DNA of 64,000 nt from an uncultured Actinomycetes bacterium (GTDB lineage Bacteria; Actinomycetota; Thermoleophilia; Gaiellales; Gaiellaceae): positions 562,550-626,549 of the forward strand of contig CAWDJG010000007.1 in the NCBI GenBank assembly GCA_963802685.1, in the 5' to 3' direction. The translations under genes were made by a program, and so were the position numbers. The notes beneath the pieces were generated by a model. It did not search any database. It was not told the DNA's origin and saw nothing but the letters and a program-made list of their open reading frames with translations. Below, in pieces: positions 56,082-64,000 of this stretch; the first letter of the stretch is position 1; each line of letters starts with the position of its first letter.

Positions 56082-56712
56082 GCATCTCGACGAGCTGTTG
56101 CGCGTACGCCGGCGCCGTCGGCTCGTCCTCGTGCCGGAAGTAGACGTAGACGGGCTCGGCGGCCGTGCGGATGCGCTCGGCGAAGGCTTCGTCCGGCGCC
56201 TCGCGCCGGCGGAGGTAGCGGAACGGCGCCGGATGCTCGAGGTCGTTCACGCGCACCGCGCCCGCCTCTGCGAGCCGCGGCTCGATGCCGTCCCACGACG
56301 CGTGCTCGAGATCGAATGCGACGCGGAGGCCCGGCGAGAGCGAGCCGAGCAGCAGCTCGAGCGCGCCTTCGTCCCGTGCGCTCTTGAGCGAGACGCGCAC
56401 CGGCCCCAGGCGGTCGCCGAGCGCGCGGACGCCGGCGTCGAAGGCGTCGAGCGCGCGCGGCCGGTGGCCGGGGAGCTTCGGCGCGAACTCGAACCCGTCC
56501 GGCGCCTGCTCGGCCCAGCGGCGGAACTGCTCCGCGCCCGGCATCCGGTACCCGGTGGTGTTGAGCTCCACCGTCCGGAAGCGCTCCGCGTAGAACGCGA
56601 GGAAGGCGGACGGGTCGAGCCCGGCGGGGTAGAAGCCGGGCCGCCAGGACGGGTAGGACCAGCCCGATGTTCCGACCGAGACCCGCGGTAGCGTGTTCCC
56701 TCCCGTGACCAC
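56074..56712 (-). CDS. DUF72 family protein
   Basis: 'VGTSGWSYPSWRPGFYP', 'YAERFRTVELNTTGY', 'VYVYFRHED'. The nearest in-frame start is the GTG at 56712, because the Val codons next to the conserved N-terminus are GTC. Confidence 0.8.
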   Translation of the reverse strand: MVTGGNTLPRVSVGTSGWSYPSWRPGFYPAGLDPSAFLAFYAERFRTVELNTTGYRMPGAEQFRRWAEQAPDGFEFAPKLPGHRPRALDAFDAGVRALGDRLGPVRVSLKSARDEGALELLLGSLSPGLRVAFDLEHASWDGIEPRLAEAGAVRVNDLEHPAPFRYLRRREAPDEAFAERIRTAAEPVYVYFRHEDEPTAPAYAQQLVEMLS

Positions 56713-58294
56713 CGTGCACAGCCTGCCACTCCCGGTCGAGTCGTTCACGGACGAGGAGCGCGAGCGTCTCGCGCCGCACTTCACGAACCTCGACCGGCCG
56801 GTGTTCGGGCTCGTCAACCTGCCGGAGACGGTGAAGGGCGCCCTCTTCGCGCGCTACTCGCGCTATCCCGGCACGCTGCGGCGGCTCTTCCTCGACGAGT
56901 TCGCGGACTCGGTGCCGGAGGTCCCGCTCATCGAGGGCGCGGAGGGGCAGCGCGCGGCCGATCTGTACGAGCGCATCTTCGTCGGCTACGGCGACGACTC
57001 CGTCGCGCAGCTCGGCGGCGCGCACATCGCGTGCGAGTGGACGTCGAACCTCCTGACGAAGATCCTCCAGCGCCCGCGGCTCGCCGCGTATCTCGAGCAG
57101 TCGACGCGCTACATCGCCTACGACGCGCAGATCGAGGGGTACGGCTACCGCTACCACCGCGATGCGCGCTTCGGCGAGGCGTACGAGCACGCGCTGGACG
57201 ATCTGTTCGCGACGTACGCGCGTCTGCTCGAGGACACGTCGTCGTGGGTCGCGGATCGCTTCCCGGCCGGCGAGGGCGAGTCGCCCGCGGCGCACCGGCG
57301 CGCCGTGCGCGCGAAGGCGCTCGACCTCGTGCGCGGGCTTCTCCCCGCCGCGTCGCTGTCGCACGTCGGCATGTACGCGAGCGGCCAGACGTACGAGCAG
57401 CTCGTGCTCCACCTGCTCGCGCATCCGCTCGCCGAGGCGCGCGCGTACGGGACGATGCTCCTCGAGGAGCTGCAGCACATCATTCCGAGCTTCGTCTCCC
57501 GCGTCCCGCGCGAGGACCGCGGCGGACGGTGGATCGAGTTCCTGCGCGAGCGGCGCACGGCGGCCGACGCGGTTGCCGCACGGCTCGGCCTCGAGTCGCG
57601 CGCGGCGGAGGTGGGCCCGTCGGTGCGGCTCGTGCGCGCGCACGGGACGGAGGAGGAGCTGCTCGCCGCACTCGTGTACGAGTCGTCGGCGCTCTCGGAG
57701 GAGGATGCGCTGCACGCGGTCGCGCGACTCGGCGCCGACGAGCGCGTCGCGCTGCTCCGCGAGCTCGTCGGCACGCGGGAGAACCGGCGCCACCGGCCGG
57801 GTCGCGGCTTCGAGACGCTCCGGTACCGCTTCGAGATCGTCTCCGACTACGGCGCGTTCCGCGACCTCCAGCGCCACCGCCTGCTCACGTGCCAGTGGCA
57901 GCGGCTCACCCCTGACCTCGGCGCGGACGTCCCGCACGAGCTCGTGGCCGCCGGGCTCGGCGGCGAGTTCGAGCGCGCGCTCGACGTCTCGCGCGGCGAG
58001 TACGAGCGCCTACGCGCCGACGGCCTCGCCGAGGAGGCGCCGTACGCGCTCTGCCTCGCGTTCCGGATCCGCTACGTGCTCGAGCTCGACGCGCGCGAGG
58101 CGCTCCACCTCATCGAGCTCCGGTCGGGACGCGAGGGCCATCCGTCGTACCGCGCAGTCGCGCACGAGATGCGGCGCGTGATCGCGGACGTCCATCCGAC
58201 CGTCGCCGCGGCGATGTCGTTCGTCGACGACTCGACGGAGGAGCGGCTGGAACGCCTTCTCTCCGAGATGCGGAACGAGGCTAAGTCGGTCTGA
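56693..58294 (+). CDS. double-length ThyX-like FAD-dependent thymidylate synthase family protein
   Basis: 533 aa. 'VKGALFARYSRYPG' and 'YGAFRDLQRHRLLTCQWQR' (ThyX motif region). Several alternative GTG starts lie between 56693 and 56714. Confidence 0.8.
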   Translation: MFPPVTTVHSLPLPVESFTDEERERLAPHFTNLDRPVFGLVNLPETVKGALFARYSRYPGTLRRLFLDEFADSVPEVPLIEGAEGQRAADLYERIFVGYGDDSVAQLGGAHIACEWTSNLLTKILQRPRLAAYLEQSTRYIAYDAQIEGYGYRYHRDARFGEAYEHALDDLFATYARLLEDTSSWVADRFPAGEGESPAAHRRAVRAKALDLVRGLLPAASLSHVGMYASGQTYEQLVLHLLAHPLAEARAYGTMLLEELQHIIPSFVSRVPREDRGGRWIEFLRERRTAADAVAARLGLESRAAEVGPSVRLVRAHGTEEELLAALVYESSALSEEDALHAVARLGADERVALLRELVGTRENRRHRPGRGFETLRYRFEIVSDYGAFRDLQRHRLLTCQWQRLTPDLGADVPHELVAAGLGGEFERALDVSRGEYERLRADGLAEEAPYALCLAFRIRYVLELDAREALHLIELRSGREGHPSYRAVAHEMRRVIADVHPTVAAAMSFVDDSTEERLERLLSEMRNEAKSV

Positions 58295-58896
58295 GGACGA
58301 TCTGGCCGGGCTCGTTGTCCGTGAAGCCTTGGTGCCGCGTGATCACCCAGCTGTCGCCGGTCTGCAGCTTGTAGGGCGCGGTGAGCTGCACCGTCGTCCC
58401 TTGCGTGCCGTGGGCGACGAGGAAGCTTCCGCATGACGCCCACGGCTTGCCGTCGCGGACGAGGTAGACCTCGTAGTACGACCGCGCGGGCAGTGCCGGC
58501 AGGCCCTCGACCGAGAGCTTCATCGGCCAGTTGCCGGCGGCGTCCTTCGGCTCGAGCTGGAGCGACGCGAGCGCGTGCGGTGCGGCCGGCGTGCCGCTGA
58601 GCTGCAGCGTGCGCACCGCGTTCGTCGCCGCCGGTGTTGCCGGTGAGATAGCCGCCGAGGAAGGCGAGGGCCAGGACGGCGACCGCGGCCGCGAGCAGCA
58701 TCACCTGGCGGCGGACCTTGACCCTCCGCTGCCTGCCGCCGATCGTGATCGCCAATGACGGCCCGGCTTCGAGCGCGGGCGTCATCTCCGGCGGCGGCCC
58801 GGCCTCGACGAGGAGGTCGTGCACGCGGCGGAGCCGCTCACGCTCGGCGCCGTCGACCTCCGGGCCGACGAGCTCGTCGAAGTTCAAGGGGTTCAT
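58281..58896 (-). pseudogene. anti-sigma factor (single TM span), one frameshift (~58620)
   Basis: The ATG overlaps the sigma stop (ATGA), with RBS GGAAGGAG. The N-terminal part and TM span 'VMLLAAAVAVLALAFLGGYL' are in the frame of ORF 58072-59214. The outer domain is in ORF 58281-58616. Confidence 0.65.
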
Positions 58897-59528
58897 GCCA
58901 GCTCTCCTTCCAAGATCTCTGCCAGGCGCGCCAGCGCACTGCGCGTCCGGGTCTTCACGGTGCCGAGGGGGATGTCGAGGAAGCTCGCCACCTCGCTCTG
59001 CGAGAGCCCGCTCCAGTACGCGAGCTCGAGGACGTCGCGCTCTTTGGCCGGGAGCGACTCGAGGGCGCGGTGGACGCGCCAGGACACATACGACGATTCG
59101 GCCTGCTCCGCCGGACCCGGCTCGACCGAGACGACGTCGGGCGGGTCGCCGGCGAGGTCGGCGCGCACGCGCAGACGGTCGACGACCGCGTTGCGCGCGA
59201 CGGCGTAGAGCCACGGCGCCGCCGGACCGCGCTCCGGCCGGTAGCTGCCGGCCGAGCGCCAGACGGCGGCGAACATCTCCTGCACGGCGTCCTCGGCGCG
59301 CTGGCGGTCGCGGAGGCGCCGCATCGCCAGGCCGAAGATCGAGCGGACGTAGCGGTGGTAGAGGATCTCGAACGCTTCGCGGTCCCGGGCTGCGACCCGG
59401 ACGAGCAGCTCCGAGTCCGTCGCCTCTCCGGCGTCGGCCTGAGCAGCCCTCTCGGCGCCGCCGGGAATGGCATGCAGGTGCGCACGGGTGTCCAACGCGA
59501 GCTCCATCTCTCCATCGTCTTTACGCAT
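58893..59528 (-). CDS. ECF sigma-70 factor
   Basis: 'DREAFEILYHRYVRSIFGLAMRRLRDRQRAEDAVQEMF', 'ERDVLELAYWSGLSQSEVASFLDIPLGTVKTRTRSAL'. Confidence 0.9.
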   Translation of the reverse strand: MRKDDGEMELALDTRAHLHAIPGGAERAAQADAGEATDSELLVRVAARDREAFEILYHRYVRSIFGLAMRRLRDRQRAEDAVQEMFAAVWRSAGSYRPERGPAAPWLYAVARNAVVDRLRVRADLAGDPPDVVSVEPGPAEQAESSYVSWRVHRALESLPAKERDVLELAYWSGLSQSEVASFLDIPLGTVKTRTRSALARLAEILEGELA

Positions 59529-59675
59529 CGCGCGCCCCTTCGGTTTCGGAAGTCATAGCCGCACCGGTGTGCGAGGTGCAAGAAACCCGTTCGGAAACGG
59601 TGAAAACGCGTGCCTCGGAGCGTGGGAACCGACCCGCCGGGGAGGACCAAAGCGCACTCGAGCAGGAGGTTGCGG

Positions 59676-60365
59676 ATGAAGCGGCTTCTCCTGCTCGCGA
59701 TCGCAGCGTTCACGGCCGCCACGGTGGCCGTGGCAGCGGCCGCGGGCACGCAGACGGTTCAGATCGGGAAGGACGGCTTCACCCCACGCGGCGCGACGAT
59801 CGCCGTCGGCGACACCGTCACGTGGCACAACGCCGACTCGGTGTCCCTCTCGGCGTCCCTGCCGACCGTCGTCTACGGGAACGACACCGCCCTGACCGGC
59901 AGCGTCTCGAACCAGCTCGCGAGCGAGCCGGTGACGCTCACGGCGCAGGCGTTCGACAAGAGCGTCCAGTCCGTCGACGCCACGCAGACGACGTCGAACG
60001 GCGCATTCCGGTTCGCCGTCTCGCCGACGATCAGGACGACGTACCAGTCGCACTGGCTCGTCGCCGACAGCCGGCCGGTGACGGTCGACGTCGCTCCCCG
60101 TGTCGGCTTCGGCCGCAGCGGCCGGACCTTCGTCGCGAAGGTGACGTCCGACTTGACGTACTCCGGCCGCTTCGTGTGGGTCCAGCGGCACTTCGGCTTC
60201 GGCTGGAAGAGCATGAAGCGCGTGTTCCTCGGAGCGAACTCGCGCGCGGTCTTCAGCATGAAGACCGCGCACGGACGCACGATGCTGCGCCTCGTCCTGC
60301 CCGCCGGCCAGGCGGGCGCGGGGTATATCGCCGGGCTCAGCCGGACGATCGTCGTCCATCGCTAG
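59676..60365 (+). CDS. secreted hypothetical protein with short cupredoxin-like N-terminal segment
   Basis: The ATG at 59676 lies after GCAGGAGG, within ORF 59610-60365. Signal 'MKRLLLLAIAAFTAATVAVAAAAG', then 'TVQIGKDGFTPRGATIAVGDTVTWHNAD'. Confidence 0.6.
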   Translation: MKRLLLLAIAAFTAATVAVAAAAGTQTVQIGKDGFTPRGATIAVGDTVTWHNADSVSLSASLPTVVYGNDTALTGSVSNQLASEPVTLTAQAFDKSVQSVDATQTTSNGAFRFAVSPTIRTTYQSHWLVADSRPVTVDVAPRVGFGRSGRTFVAKVTSDLTYSGRFVWVQRHFGFGWKSMKRVFLGANSRAVFSMKTAHGRTMLRLVLPAGQAGAGYIAGLSRTIVVHR

Positions 60366-60391
60366 GCGACAGACGTGTGAGGCGCGCGGGG

Positions 60392-61000
60392 CTACCCGCG
60401 CGCCTCACCGAACCGCCGGCTCACCTCGTCCCAGTTGACGACGTTCCACCACGCCTCGAGGTACGCAGGGCGCTTGTTCTGGTACTTGAGGTAGTACGCG
60501 TGCTCCCAGACGTCGATGCCGAGCAGCGGCACGTGGCTCTGCATGTACGGCGAGTCCTGATTCGGCGTCGAGTACGCGGAAAGTCCGGTCCCGTCCCAGA
60601 CGAGCCACGTCCAGCCGCTGCCGAAGCGCTTGACGCCGCCGTCCGTGATCGCGGCCTTGAAGTCGGCAAAGGATCCGAACGAGTCGCCGATCGCCTTCCC
60701 GAGATCTCCTCCCGGCTCGCCGCCGCCGTCCGGCGACATGATCGTCCAGAAGAGCGAGTGGTTGGCGTGGCCGCCGGCGTTGTTCCGCACCGGCGTGCGC
60801 TTGTCCTCGGGGAGGATGTCGAGGTCGGCGAGGATCTGGTCGACGGGCCGGTTCTCCCATTCGGTACCGGCGAGCGCGGCGTTCGCGTTGTCGACGTACG
60901 CCTTGTGGTGGAGGTCGTGGTGGATGCGCATCGTCTCCGCGTCGATGTGCGGCTCGAGTGCGTCGTACGCGTACGGCAGGGCGGGCAGTTCGAAGGCCAT
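60392..61000 (-). CDS. sodA: Fe/Mn superoxide dismutase
   Basis: The ATG at 61000 lies after AAAGGAG. '[16 protein letters not shown]', '[11 protein letters not shown]', '[10 protein letters not shown]', 'DVWEHAYY'. Metal specificity cannot be decided from the sequence. Confidence 0.95.
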   Translation of the reverse strand: MAFELPALPYAYDALEPHIDAETMRIHHDLHHKAYVDNANAALAGTEWENRPVDQILADLDILPEDKRTPVRNNAGGHANHSLFWTIMSPDGGGEPGGDLGKAIGDSFGSFADFKAAITDGGVKRFGSGWTWLVWDGTGLSAYSTPNQDSPYMQSHVPLLGIDVWEHAYYLKYQNKRPAYLEAWWNVVNWDEVSRRFGEARG

Positions 61001-61058
61001 TCCCGGGGCTCCTTTCAACCGTCTTGTCGTCTCGTCGAGGAGGATATGCTCCCTCGCC

Positions 61059-61679
61059 ATGGCCACGCTTGCCTTCAACTTCCAGGAGATCGCTCCCCGG
61101 GAGCTTCGCCCCGAGCTGTACGAGCTCGCCGGCATCTCCCGCGCCTCGGTCGAGGCCCACTACAAGCTCTACGTCGGCTACGTGAACAAGCGGAACGAGA
61201 TCCTCGGCCGGCTCGCCGACGTCGATCTCGCGACCGCCAACCAGGTCTACTCCGACCTGCGCGCGCTCAAGGTCGACCTCACCTTCGCGATCGGCGGCAT
61301 CAAGAACCACGAGCTCTACTTCGCCCATCTCGGCGGCGGCGGAGGAGACCCGACGGGGCGTGTCGGAGCGCTCGTGAAGCGGGACTTCGGCTCGGTCGCC
61401 GCGTGGCGCGCCGACCTCCGCGCGACCGGCCTCGCCGCGCGCGGCTGGGCGTGGACGGCGTACGACTGGGACGAGGGCCGCCTCTTCAACTACATCGGCG
61501 ACGCCCAGAACACCTTCCCCGTCTGGAACGCGACGCCGCTCGTCGCGCTCGACGTCTACGAGCACGCGTACTTCGCGGACTACCAGACCGACCGCGCCGG
61601 ATACATCGACGCGTTCTTCGACAATCTCGACTGGGACGTCGTGAACGGGCTCGTCGAGCAGTACGCGATTCCCGCCTGA
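61059..61679 (+). CDS. divergent Fe/Mn-SOD family paralogue
   Basis: ATG at 61059 within ORF 60630-61679. '[14 protein letters not shown]', '[10 protein letters not shown]', 'DVYEHAYF'. The four metal-ligand positions appear retained, but the 'HH' gateway pair is replaced. Confidence 0.8.
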   Translation: MATLAFNFQEIAPRELRPELYELAGISRASVEAHYKLYVGYVNKRNEILGRLADVDLATANQVYSDLRALKVDLTFAIGGIKNHELYFAHLGGGGGDPTGRVGALVKRDFGSVAAWRADLRATGLAARGWAWTAYDWDEGRLFNYIGDAQNTFPVWNATPLVALDVYEHAYFADYQTDRAGYIDAFFDNLDWDVVNGLVEQYAIPA

Positions 61680-61683
61680 CGCC

Positions 61684-62316
61684 ATGTCGACCGTCGGCCT
61701 CGTCGTGGCCGGGTACCTCGCAGGCTCGATGCCCTGGGGCTACTGGCTCGTGCGCATGTTCCGGCACGAGGACATCCGCACGAAGGGGAGCGGGAACATC
61801 GGCGGGAGCAACGTCTGGCGCGTCTACGGGCGCTATCTCGGGCTGCCGACGGTCTTCCTCGACACGGCCAAGGGATTCGTCCCGGCGCTCGTGGCGACGC
61901 TCCTCGTCGGGCATCTCGCGGGCGTGCTCGCCGGCGCCGCGGCGATGGCCGGCCACTGGCGGCCGCTGTTCATGAAGTTCAAGCGGGGCGGGAAGATCGT
62001 CGCCACCACCGGCGGCGCGTTCCTCGGTGTCGCGCCGCTCGTCGGCGCCGTCGGGCTCGGCGTGTGGATCCTCGTCTTCTTCACGCTCCGCTATCCGTCG
62101 CTCGCGTCGATGGTCTCGGCCGTGTCGCTCATCGCGTGGTCGTTGCTGCTCGGCTATCCGTGGCCGGTGACGGTGTTCGCCGCGTGCGCGGCGGCCGGCG
62201 TCGTCCTGCTTCACAAGGCGAATCTCCGCCGGCTCGTGCGCGGCGAGGAGAACCGTTCGACGTTGTGGCGGCGGTGGTGGCGGAAGGACGACGCTAGCGC
62301 CGCAGCCAGTCCCTGA
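61684..62316 (+). CDS. plsY: glycerol-3-phosphate acyltransferase PlsY
   Basis: 'GSGNIGGSNVWR', 'LDTAKG', 'GHWRPLF..FKGGK'-type motifs. Confidence 0.9.
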   Translation: MSTVGLVVAGYLAGSMPWGYWLVRMFRHEDIRTKGSGNIGGSNVWRVYGRYLGLPTVFLDTAKGFVPALVATLLVGHLAGVLAGAAAMAGHWRPLFMKFKRGGKIVATTGGAFLGVAPLVGAVGLGVWILVFFTLRYPSLASMVSAVSLIAWSLLLGYPWPVTVFAACAAAGVVLLHKANLRRLVRGEENRSTLWRRWWRKDDASAAASP

Positions 62317-63217
62317 GCTCGGTGTGGCGGAGCGGGCCGTGCCCGCCGCCGTCGAGCTCCGCGCGCAGCTCCCCGACCGTGCCGAAGCGCTCCGCGACGA
62401 CCTCGTGCGCGTGGATCGTCTCGAAGTTCAACTGCCGCGAGAGGACGAAGTCGCCGTCGTCGAGCTGCGGCAGGTCGTCGAGGACGCTCTTCAGCGCGAC
62501 GCGCACGGAGTCCTCGACGAACCGCGGCTGGAGGTGCGCGTGCTCGACGACGAAGAGCTCGTCTGGGCGCTTCAGCAGCTCGTAGATCGGCGAGCTCATC
62601 GACCCCTCCACGATCTCGAGGAGGCGCTCCGCGTTCACGCGCGCCTGCGTCCCGATGAAGAGCGTCCCCTGGCCGCGCTGGTTGTGCGTCGCGATCGGGA
62701 CGAGCTCGAGGATCCGCTCGACGTCGTCGCTGTCGAAGCCGGCGTCGATGAGCCGCTCCGACGCACGGCCGCGCACGAGCCCCTGCGCGCACGGGCACGC
62801 GTTGATGCCGATCGCCTCGACGCCGATGACGCGGCGTACGCCGGTGCGCGAGGCGGCGGCGATGCCGATGAGCGAGACCATCTCCTGCGTCGAGAGCTGC
62901 GTCACCGGCGTGCGCCGCTCGTACGGGTAGCGCGCGTGGATCTTCACCTCGGCGACGAGCGCGTGCTGCCGCTCGACGATGCGCCGGGCGACGTGCTCGG
63001 CGAGATCCTCGACGAGGAACGCCTCGTCCTCGACGACCCCCTCGACCGCCTCCTCGAAGAGCTCGGGGAAGCGGGACATGTGGACGCCCTTCTGCGACGG
63101 GTCGAGGTCGACCGTGCAGTCGATCGTCGCGGAGATGAGCTTCTCCTTGCGGCCGCGGCCGATGCGCACGGCTTTCTGGACGCCGGTGACGCCGACCCGC
63201 GACAGCCCGAGCCGCAC
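62294..63217 (-). CDS. folE2: GTP cyclohydrolase I type 2 (FolE2/MptA family)
   Basis: 'LSRVGVTGVQK', 'QKGVHMSRF', 'INACPCAQG', 'ATHNQRG'. The annotated GTG start may truncate a conserved N-terminal segment (see findings). Confidence 0.85.
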   Translation of the reverse strand: MRLGLSRVGVTGVQKAVRIGRGRKEKLISATIDCTVDLDPSQKGVHMSRFPELFEEAVEGVVEDEAFLVEDLAEHVARRIVERQHALVAEVKIHARYPYERRTPVTQLSTQEMVSLIGIAAASRTGVRRVIGVEAIGINACPCAQGLVRGRASERLIDAGFDSDDVERILELVPIATHNQRGQGTLFIGTQARVNAERLLEIVEGSMSSPIYELLKRPDELFVVEHAHLQPRFVEDSVRVALKSVLDDLPQLDDGDFVLSRQLNFETIHAHEVVAERFGTVGELRAELDGGGHGPLRHTELRDWLRR

Positions 63218-63291
63218 CTCCGGCGTCGAGGCCTGGAGATCGTCGAGCGGGCTGTGCGTCGGCTTGGCGATACCGCTAGGTTAGTCCCCGC

Positions 63292-63873
63292 GTGCAGACC
63301 GACACGTCCTTCGCCCGGCTCGTCTCGCTCGCATGTCACGACGTCAGGACTCCTCTGGCGACCGTGCACGGTTTCGCTGCGACCCTTTCGAAGACGATGG
63401 AGCTCGCTCCACCGGCCGACCGGTACGTCGAGATGATCGAGGCGGCGTCGAAGCAGATCGCCGAGCTCCTCGACGAGCTCTCGGTCGCCGCCCGGATCGA
63501 GGGCGGCCGCTACGACCCGGTCGCGCGCGAGACGGACACGCTCACGCTCGCGCAGGCGGCGGCGGAACGGCTCGGTGCCGACCGCGTCCACGTCTCGGGG
63601 ACGGGCGCCGTCGTGGAGACCGACGTCGAGTCGGTCGACCGCGGCGTCTCCGCGCTCGTGCAGGCGACGCTCCGGCACGGCGGCCTCGACGAGGTCGACG
63701 TCGTCGTGGACGGGAAGGAGATCCGGGTCTCGCCGGTGACCGAGTCGTCGGCGAAGGTCGTCCTCGGGCAGGACCTCCGCGATCTCGGCGCAGCGGTTGC
63801 GGTGCGCGTGCTCGCGACGCTCGGCGGGTCGGTGTCGGTCAGCGGGCAGACGCTGACGATGCAGCTGGCATAG
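63292..63873 (+). CDS. HisKA-domain protein with degenerate ATPase domain (stand-alone, no sensor or TM region)
   Basis: H-box '[16 protein letters not shown]'. The C-terminal half aligns loosely to HATPase_c, but I cannot find N-box Asn or DxGxG motifs. Confidence 0.6.
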   Translation: MQTDTSFARLVSLACHDVRTPLATVHGFAATLSKTMELAPPADRYVEMIEAASKQIAELLDELSVAARIEGGRYDPVARETDTLTLAQAAAERLGADRVHVSGTGAVVETDVESVDRGVSALVQATLRHGGLDEVDVVVDGKEIRVSPVTESSAKVVLGQDLRDLGAAVAVRVLATLGGSVSVSGQTLTMQLA

Positions 63874-64000
63874 CCGCCGCATCGGCAAGCTGATGGCAGC
63901 TGCGGCAGCGCGCCTCGTACTGCTCGAGCGCGCCGACGACGATCGTCTCGCCGTCCGCCGGCGCCGGCATGCCGTCGACGAGCCGCTGCGTCATCGTCGC

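Noticed and set aside
2274-58896. Programmed ribosomal frameshifting as the explanation for the frame changes.
   Set aside because: I saw no shared slippery heptamer or downstream structure at the junctions I reconstructed. Both +1 and -1 shifts occur, with up to nine per gene. Known programmed frameshifts are single, conserved events.
59529-59675. ECF-type autoregulated promoter (GGAAC...CGT) upstream of the 59528 sigma gene, or upstream of the divergent secreted-protein gene.
   Set aside because: A GGGAACC occurs on the plus strand, but there is no convincing -10 element at the right spacing on either strand.
63848-64000. Short minus-strand ORF at the window edge ('[35 protein letters not shown]...').
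   Set aside because: It is below the track threshold, possibly truncated by the window end, overlaps the 3' end of the HisKA gene, and matches no family. The evidence is not sufficient.

Overview
This is a very GC-rich (about 70% or more by eye) bacterial chromosomal segment. Gene content looks like a high-GC Actinomycetota-type organism, but the taxon is inference only. I can support about 70 genes plus one tRNA-Thr. There is no rRNA, CRISPR array, prophage or recognisable defence island. Many long Arg/Ala-rich ORFs in the six-frame track are GC artefacts lying antisense or out of frame to real genes. Main blocks: (1) 0-20 kb holds housekeeping and envelope genes: class II RNR nrdJ, tmk, holB, a GalE-like epimerase, a Wzy/O-antigen-ligase-like protein, and an ECF sigma fused to a membrane span and a ~1.1-kb Gly/Gln repeat tail. 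(2) 20.8-27.0 kb is a six-gene metal module: SigK-like ECF sigma, RskA-like anti-sigma, DUF4331, TPR protein, NicO/RcnA-like transporter and HoxN/NixA-like Ni/Co transporter. Every gene in it is broken, with roughly 30 reading-frame changes and one in-frame TAG. (3) 27-36 kb holds a VIT1 transporter, membrane proteins, a 170-bp fold-back (MITE-like) element, PBP1A, and frameshifted PLD and M29 aminopeptidase genes. (4) 36.5-48.4 kb is a translationally coupled hopanoid operon (hpnC-hpnD-hpnE-shc-hpnH-hpnG-ispH). It runs on through five uncharacterised genes into a CopC/CopD fusion. (5) 48-64 kb holds two sulfotransferase types, an OCD/citrate-synthase pair, a kynureninase-like enzyme, DUF72, a double-length ThyX-like protein, an ECF/anti-sigma pair, two divergent SODs, plsY, folE2 and a degenerate histidine kinase. 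Outside the 20.8-27 kb island there are 12 more single-base frame disruptions in 9 further accessory genes. The large housekeeping ORFs are all intact. From sequence alone I cannot tell real pseudogenes from local assembly or indel error.
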